Source: Treponematales bacterium
GTDB lineage: Bacteria; Spirochaetota; Spirochaetia; Treponematales; JBGSOB01
NCBI GenBank assembly: GCA_041739325.1
Contig: JBGSOB010000112.1
Span: forward strand, 5,597-69,596
Length of the DNA: 64,000 bases
Direction of reading: 5' to 3'
Shown one piece after another: positions 58,889-64,000 of this stretch (positions are counted from its first letter, which is position 1; each line of letters begins with the position of its first letter). The position numbers were made by a program, and so were the translations under genes. The notes under the pieces are model-generated. The model saw only the letters and a list, made by a program, of their open reading frames with translations, was not told the origin of the DNA and ran no database searches.

Positions 58889-60999
58889 TTAACCAAACCC
58901 CCAGCCTTTTTTTCAACCGCGAGCTTTCATGGGTAGCCTTCAATGAGCGGGTGTTGCGTGAAGCCCTCAACCCCGCCTTGCCTCTCTTGGAGCGCCTGAA
59001 ATTCCTTTCCATTGTCTCCTCGAACTTTGACGAATTCTTCATGGTCAGGGTTGCCAGCCTCAAGCGCCAGATTCGGGATGGACGCTTGGACGCAGACCCC
59101 TCCGGTATGACGCCCGACCAGGTGCTCGCCTTAGTGGTAAAAAAGGTTCGCGAATTGAATGAACGCCAATACCGCTCCCTGAATGACGAGATATTGCCGG
59201 GATTGGCGGCGGCCGGGCTTTCATTGGTCCGCCCGGACGGCTATAGCCAGGGCCAGTCCTATTATCTGGAAGCCTTTTACAAGCGAGAGGTTTTTCCCGT
59301 TCTGGTTCCCATCGGCACGGATGACAGGGAGGCTTTTTCATCGGTAGGAAATCTACGCATTCACCTTGCTTTTTTGTTGGAGGGCCCTGAGGGGGAAAAA
59401 ACCGCCATTATCCAAATACCCCCGAATATTCCTCGCTTCCAATCCATTCCCTCGGAAGGCGATTGCCGCTGTTTTGCCCTTTTGGAAGAGGTGGTGCAAT
59501 GCTTCGGCGACGGCCTCTTTCCCGGTTACCGCATTTTGGAAAGCGCAGTATTCAAACTTACCAGGGACGCGGACTTCGCGGTAGATGAAGAGCGGGATGA
59601 TGATTTCGTCAAGGCGATGGAAGAAGTCTTGATCAATCGCCAGTGTTCAATTCCGGTTCGCCTGTCCATGACCACCAGTTCCGGAGCCCGCCTCAAAGCC
59701 AGCCTGCAAAAAGCCTTCGAGCTTGACGGAACGGATGTCTATGAGTTTCCAGGCCCGATAGACCTGCGCTCATTCATGGATTTCGCGGCCGTGCCCGGCT
59801 TCAACGAGCTGCGCGATCAGAGCTGGAAGCCGGTAGACAGCCCAGAGCTTCCGGCGGAAACGGAAATTTGGTCGGAGCTCAAGCGCCGCGACATCATGCT
59901 TTTTACCCCCTATGAATCCTACGACCCGGTTCTGCGTTTCTTGGACGATGCCGCCGACGATCCTGAGGTCCTAGCCATCAAGATGACCCTCTACCGCACC
60001 TCGGGCAATTCCCCCATCGTCAAGGCGCTAGAGCGGGCGGCAAGCAACGGAAAGCAGGTAATGGTGCTCGTGGAACTCAAGGCCCGCTTTGACGAGGGGC
60101 GCAATATTTCTTGGGCCACGCGCTTGGAAAGGGCGGGGGTTATCGTCGTTTATGGGATAGCTCGCCTCAAGGTCCACGCCAAGGCGGCCTTGGTTGTCAG
60201 GCGGGAAAAAGACGGCATCCATCGCTACCTCCACCTCTCCACCGGCAATTACAACGACCGCACCGCCAAGCTCTACGTGGACATTTCCCTGTTTACCTCC
60301 AACGACGAGATGTGCCATGACGCCTCCCTCTTCTTTAACGCCATAACCGGCTACTCAGAGGTACAGCCGGGGAGGCGCCTTGTCATGGCCCCCTTCCACC
60401 TCAAGGACAAGGTTCTTTCCCTTATCGAGCGCGAGGCGACCCGCAAGACCCAAGAGTACCCGGGATTGATAATGGCCAAGATGAATTCCCTTACCGACCC
60501 GGATGTCATCCGCGCCCTCTACGCGGCCTCCCAAGCCGGGGTATCCATCTGGCTCAACGTGCGCGGCATCTGTATGCTCGTTCCCGGCATCAAGGGTCTG
60601 TCTGACAATATCCGCGTGGTGAGCGTGGTAGACCGTTATTTGGAACACGCGCGCATCTTTTACTTTGCCAACGGTGGCGCGGCGGATATCTACCTTGCCT
60701 CCGCCGACTGGATGGAGCGCAATCTTGAAAAAAGGGTTGAGCTTCTCTTCCCCATCCTTAAGGAAGAATGCCGTACGCGGGTTTCGGAAATATTGCGCGC
60801 CTATTTCAAAGACAGCTGCAAGGCCTGCCAGCTTCTGCCGGATGGAAGTTGGGAAGCGGTGAAGCCGCAAGAGGGAGAGCCGGGGTTCCGCGTTCAAGAG
60901 TTCTTCTATCAACAAGCTAGGGACAAGGCGGAGGCCTGGGCCCGCGAGCCAAAGCTCCAACTTGAGGTTCGCCGCGGCCAGGGCAAGGACCTCGAATGA
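58885..60999 (+). CDS. ppk: Polyphosphate kinase 1
   Basis: Motifs are FFNRELSWVAFNERVL, FLSIVSSNFDEFFMVR, VELKARFDE, and KVHAKAALVVRRE...HLSTGNYN. An ATGA overlap joins it to ppx. Confidence 0.95.
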   Translation: MINQTPSLFFNRELSWVAFNERVLREALNPALPLLERLKFLSIVSSNFDEFFMVRVASLKRQIRDGRLDADPSGMTPDQVLALVVKKVRELNERQYRSLNDEILPGLAAAGLSLVRPDGYSQGQSYYLEAFYKREVFPVLVPIGTDDREAFSSVGNLRIHLAFLLEGPEGEKTAIIQIPPNIPRFQSIPSEGDCRCFALLEEVVQCFGDGLFPGYRILESAVFKLTRDADFAVDEERDDDFVKAMEEVLINRQCSIPVRLSMTTSSGARLKASLQKAFELDGTDVYEFPGPIDLRSFMDFAAVPGFNELRDQSWKPVDSPELPAETEIWSELKRRDIMLFTPYESYDPVLRFLDDAADDPEVLAIKMTLYRTSGNSPIVKALERAASNGKQVMVLVELKARFDEGRNISWATRLERAGVIVVYGIARLKVHAKAALVVRREKDGIHRYLHLSTGNYNDRTAKLYVDISLFTSNDEMCHDASLFFNAITGYSEVQPGRRLVMAPFHLKDKVLSLIEREATRKTQEYPGLIMAKMNSLTDPDVIRALYAASQAGVSIWLNVRGICMLVPGIKGLSDNIRVVSVVDRYLEHARIFYFANGGAADIYLASADWMERNLEKRVELLFPILKEECRTRVSEILRAYFKDSCKACQLLPDGSWEAVKPQEGEPGFRVQEFFYQQARDKAEAWAREPKLQLEVRRGQGKDLE

Positions 61000-62213
61000 G
61001 CGTGGCGCGGGTTATCCTTAAGCCCCACGAGGATGAGCGGATACGCTCCGGGCATCCTTGGATTTTCGACAACGAGATCGCCTCGGTTGAAGGGACGGCA
61101 GAAGCCGGTTCCATCGTGGACGTGGAAAGCGCAAACAAGCACTATGTAGGTCGCGGTTTCTTCAACCCGCATTCAAAAATACGGGTGCGCGTTATTACCC
61201 ACTCAAAGGACGGCATCGACGCAGGCTTTTGGAAGCGCCGCATGCGCGAAGCCCTGGAGTACCGCGCGGCATTCCTCGACATAGAGCGAGATTCCTACCG
61301 CCTGCTTTTTGCGGAGGCGGATCGCTGTCCCGGCATCATCATCGATGTCTATAACGATTATCAAAGCCCGGAGGCGACATCCGCGCCGCGCCGCATTGCG
61401 GTCGTCCAACTCCTCTGCTATGGGGCAGACCAGAGGCGCGATCAGATTTTTCAGGCCCTTCGCGAAAGTATTGCTCCGGACTATATCGTGGAGCGTTCCG
61501 ACGCCCCGGTGCGCGCCCTGGAAGGGCTTGAGCAGCCGGTTGTCTGGGGGCAGGATGGCAGCCCGGACGCCATCCTCCTTAAGGAAAACGGGCTGTGGAT
61601 TCAAGCAAAGCTCCTCTCCGGGCAGAAAACGGGTTCCTACCTTGACCAGAGGGAAAACCGGGCGGCGGCCGCGGGCTTTGCCAAGGGCCGCCTTGCCCTC
61701 GACGCATTCTGCAACTCAGGAGGCTTTGGCCTAGCGGCCTTGAGAGGGGGCGCGGCCAGGGTTGATTTCGTGGATTCCTCCGCCGAGGCCCTCGCCTCCG
61801 CCGCGGAAAACGCCAGGCTCAACGGTTTTGAGGAGCGTTTTTCCTGCCAGCAATCCGATGTCTTTGATTTTTTAAAAAACGCCGAGCGCGAAAAGGCGCG
61901 CTATGGCCTGGTCGTAATCGATCCACCCGCCTTCGCCAAAACCCGCGACGCCTTGGAGGGCGCCTATCGCGGCTACAAGGACATCAATTATCGCGCCCTG
62001 CGGATACTCGAGCGCGGCGGTTACCTTGTCAGCTGTTCCTGCTCCCACCACTTCGGGCTAGAGCGATTCATGGCCATGCTCAAGGATGCCGCCTCAGACG
62101 CGGAGCGGAGCCTGCGCATAGCCGAGATTCGCTTCCAGGCAAAGGATCACCCCATGCTTTCAGGCTACCCCGAATCACAATATCTTAAGTGCGTCATAGC
62201 CCAGGTGCTTTGA
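60996..62213 (+). CDS. rlmI: PUA-domain class I SAM-dependent rRNA methyltransferase (RlmI-like)
   Basis: The N-terminus is HPWIFDNEI. It also has QKTGSYLDQREN and the SAM-binding LDAFCNSGGFG and VVIDPPAF. An ATGA overlap joins it to ppk. Confidence 0.7.
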   Translation: MSVARVILKPHEDERIRSGHPWIFDNEIASVEGTAEAGSIVDVESANKHYVGRGFFNPHSKIRVRVITHSKDGIDAGFWKRRMREALEYRAAFLDIERDSYRLLFAEADRCPGIIIDVYNDYQSPEATSAPRRIAVVQLLCYGADQRRDQIFQALRESIAPDYIVERSDAPVRALEGLEQPVVWGQDGSPDAILLKENGLWIQAKLLSGQKTGSYLDQRENRAAAAGFAKGRLALDAFCNSGGFGLAALRGGAARVDFVDSSAEALASAAENARLNGFEERFSCQQSDVFDFLKNAEREKARYGLVVIDPPAFAKTRDALEGAYRGYKDINYRALRILERGGYLVSCSCSHHFGLERFMAMLKDAASDAERSLRIAEIRFQAKDHPMLSGYPESQYLKCVIAQVL

Positions 62214-62220
62214 GGCGGAT

Positions 62221-62793
62221 ATGAGCCTTCCTCCCCTGCGTATCCACATTCTCGGCGCCTCCGGCTCGGGCACAACTACCTTGGGCGCCGCCTTGGCGCG
62301 GGAGTTTTCGCTCTGCCACTTGGATTCCGATTATTTTTTTTGGGCTCCCGCGGAAACCCCCTTTTCGCGCAAACGCAATCCGGAAGAAAGACTCCGCCTC
62401 GTGCGCGCAGAGGCAGATCCCGCCGGGCGCTGGGTCCTTTCCGGGTCTATGCTCGGTTGGGGCGACTTCCTCATGCCCAGCCTTGACCTGGCCATCTATA
62501 TATGGAAACCGGCTCAGCTCCGGCGAGAGCGGCTTGCCCTGCGTGAAAGCGAGCGTTTTGGGGAGAGGGTAGGGCCGGATGGCCCCCTGCGCCGCCATTA
62601 TGAGACATTCTTGGATTGGGCTTCTTCCTATGACAGTGGCGGCATGGGCATGCGCAGCCGAATGAGTGAGGAGGAATGGATGGCTAGGCTTTCCTGCCCC
62701 ATCCTCACTCTAGAGGGTGATATGAGCTTGGCAGAAGAAGTATCCCTCTGCTCTGCCCGCCTAACCGAGCTTGGCCATTCCCCCTGGAAATAA
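62221..62793 (+). CDS. Small P-loop NTPase (adenylate-kinase/topology-modulation-like)
   Basis: It has Walker [14 protein letters not shown] and a size (190 aa) and layout typical of AAA_18/FlaR-like kinases. Confidence 0.5.
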   Translation: MSLPPLRIHILGASGSGTTTLGAALAREFSLCHLDSDYFFWAPAETPFSRKRNPEERLRLVRAEADPAGRWVLSGSMLGWGDFLMPSLDLAIYIWKPAQLRRERLALRESERFGERVGPDGPLRRHYETFLDWASSYDSGGMGMRSRMSEEEWMARLSCPILTLEGDMSLAEEVSLCSARLTELGHSPWK

Positions 62794-62821
62794 ATCCGGC
62801 TTTCCTATAGGCTCATCAGCG

Positions 62822-63649
62822 ATGAAGAACGTCAAACTTGCGCTCTTAGGGCCCGAGCGGAAAAGAACCGTCATAGATGTCAAGGGTCTACGCATCGGCG
62901 AAGGCTTTACCGTCATGGCCGGGCCCTGCTCCATAGAAAGCGAATCCCAGATGATAAGCACCGCTTTAGCCGTCAAGGCCGCCGGCGCTACCGTCTTGCG
63001 CGGAGGGGCTTACAAGCCACGCACATCACCCTACGCCTTTCAAGGCCTGGGGCTTGAGGGGCTCAAGATACTGGAAAAGGCAGGTAGGGAATCCGGCCTG
63101 CCCACCGTCACCGAGGTAATCGACCCGCGCGACGTAGTCTGGGTGGCTGAATACGCTGACATTCTCCAGATAGGCGCCCGCAACATGCAAAACTTTTCCC
63201 TGCTGCGGGAAGTCGGCAAGGCCGGCAAGCCGGTCTTGCTCAAGCGCGGCATGTACTCAACCTTCGAGGAATGGATCAACTGCGCCGAGTACGTCTTGGC
63301 TGAGGGCAACCCCAACGTCATCCTCTGCGAGCGTGGTATCCGCACCTTTGAAACCTATACCCGCAACACCCTCGACCTTTCCATGATACCCGCGGCAAGG
63401 GAAACCACCCACCTGCCCATCATCGTAGACCCCTCGCATGGGACGGGTAAACTCTCCCTGGTGGAGGCAATGAGCCTGGCATCGGTAGCCGCCGGGGCCG
63501 ACGGGCTGGAGATCGAGGTCCACTGCGACCCGGACCAAGCCCTGAGCGACAAGGACCAGCAACTCAAGCCGGAGGCCTTCGCCTCCCTTATGAAGAAAAT
63601 CAACGCATTGGCCGCCTTCATGGACGGCTTGAATGGGGGGAAGCTTTGA
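62822..63649 (+). CDS. 3-deoxy-7-phosphoheptulonate (DAHP) synthase, class I-beta
   Basis: The ATG at 62822 starts the ORF. Motifs are [41 protein letters not shown] and VDPSH. Confidence 0.85.
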   Translation: MKNVKLALLGPERKRTVIDVKGLRIGEGFTVMAGPCSIESESQMISTALAVKAAGATVLRGGAYKPRTSPYAFQGLGLEGLKILEKAGRESGLPTVTEVIDPRDVVWVAEYADILQIGARNMQNFSLLREVGKAGKPVLLKRGMYSTFEEWINCAEYVLAEGNPNVILCERGIRTFETYTRNTLDLSMIPAARETTHLPIIVDPSHGTGKLSLVEAMSLASVAAGADGLEIEVHCDPDQALSDKDQQLKPEAFASLMKKINALAAFMDGLNGGKL

Positions 63650-64000
63650 ACTTAAAGGACATACGCAACCAGATAGACAGCCTTGATTCAAAGATCATCC
63701 AGCTCCTCAACGAGCGGATGGAAAAGGCCATCCTCACAAAGAAGATCAAGAAAGAAGTCCTGGACGAAAGCCGCGAGAAGGAGGTCTTAGATCGAATTTC
63801 GCGCCACGTGAGCGGCCTGGCCGATTCAGACTTTTATGTCAGGCTCTACCAAGAGATCATGACAGAGTCGCGGCGCCTGCAGTCTGTGGAGCACCGCACC
63901 GTCGGCTTTTTGGGCGAGCACGGCTCCAATTCAGAGCTGGCTGTCCGCGCCTGGGACGGAAGCACCGTCCCCATCCCCTGCGCCGAGTTTGCCGACATCC
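63646..64000 (+). CDS. pheA: Chorismate mutase / prephenate dehydratase (P-protein), 3'-truncated by the window edge
   Basis: This ORF is not in the track because the frame stays open to the window end. The TTG at 63646 overlaps the DAHP synthase stop (TTGA). The translation [26 protein letters not shown]... is a chorismate mutase helix. [20 protein letters not shown] begins a prephenate dehydratase domain. Confidence 0.75.
   Translation, partial: MNLKDIRNQIDSLDSKIIQLLNERMEKAILTKKIKKEVLDESREKEVLDRISRHVSGLADSDFYVRLYQEIMTESRRLQSVEHRTVGFLGEHGSNSELAVRAWDGSTVPIPCAEFADI

Noticed and set aside
1-64000. Mobile elements, prophage, integrons and rRNA operons
   Set aside because: I recognised no transposase, integrase, recombinase, phage structural or rRNA-like sequence in any frame of the ORF track or in the intergenic regions I read.

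Overview
This is a GC-rich bacterial chromosomal segment, densely coding on both strands. I saw no rRNA, CRISPR array, transposase or integrase. The housekeeping content is as follows. Aromatic amino-acid biosynthesis sits in two clusters: aroB-aroA-aroC-aroE/aroK fusion-tyrA at 11.6-17.1 kb, and DAHP synthase-pheA at 62.8-64.0 kb. There is also ilvB with a candidate leader-peptide attenuator, oadG-oadA, a polar amino-acid ABC transporter, a ROK kinase-ppx-ppk1-rlmI block, an XPB-type helicase with a large partner protein, and two tRNAs (Val-UAC, Ala-GGC). Both tRNAs have TTGACA-N17-TAnnnT promoters. Between these blocks the window carries many signalling and envelope genes. These are a 7TMR-DISM GGDEF cyclase, two complete class III nucleotide cyclases (one fused to a flavodiiron-like MBL domain, one HAMP-linked), two degenerate cyclase-homology proteins, a GHKL-HDOD protein, a soluble PBP1-MCP chemoreceptor, FecR/FN3-repeat and PEGA-repeat exported proteins, and several predicted outer-membrane barrels. 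The gene content looks spirochaete-like, but that is only an impression. The items I rate highest are listed here. (1) A translationally coupled gene pair (37.8-39.8 kb) has degenerate cyclase domains that retain complementary halves of the active site. It heads a same-strand block with a beta-propeller/deacetylase, a Lon-like protease and a GHKL-HDOD protein. (2) The Lon-like gene is interrupted by a single in-frame TAG, 10 codons before its catalytic Lys. (3) A structured GC-rich element of about 190 nt lies between two intrinsic terminators, downstream of tRNA-Val and upstream of a cyclase gene. It ends in a copy of the tRNA 3' end. (4) A cyclase-FecR/FN3-OMP operon has an OMP carrying about a dozen VEVPV(D/E)(R/K)I repeats that are conserved at protein level but not at nucleotide level. 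(5) A four-gene PEGA/beta-barrel envelope cluster. All functional calls come from motif recognition by eye, and no database search was possible.
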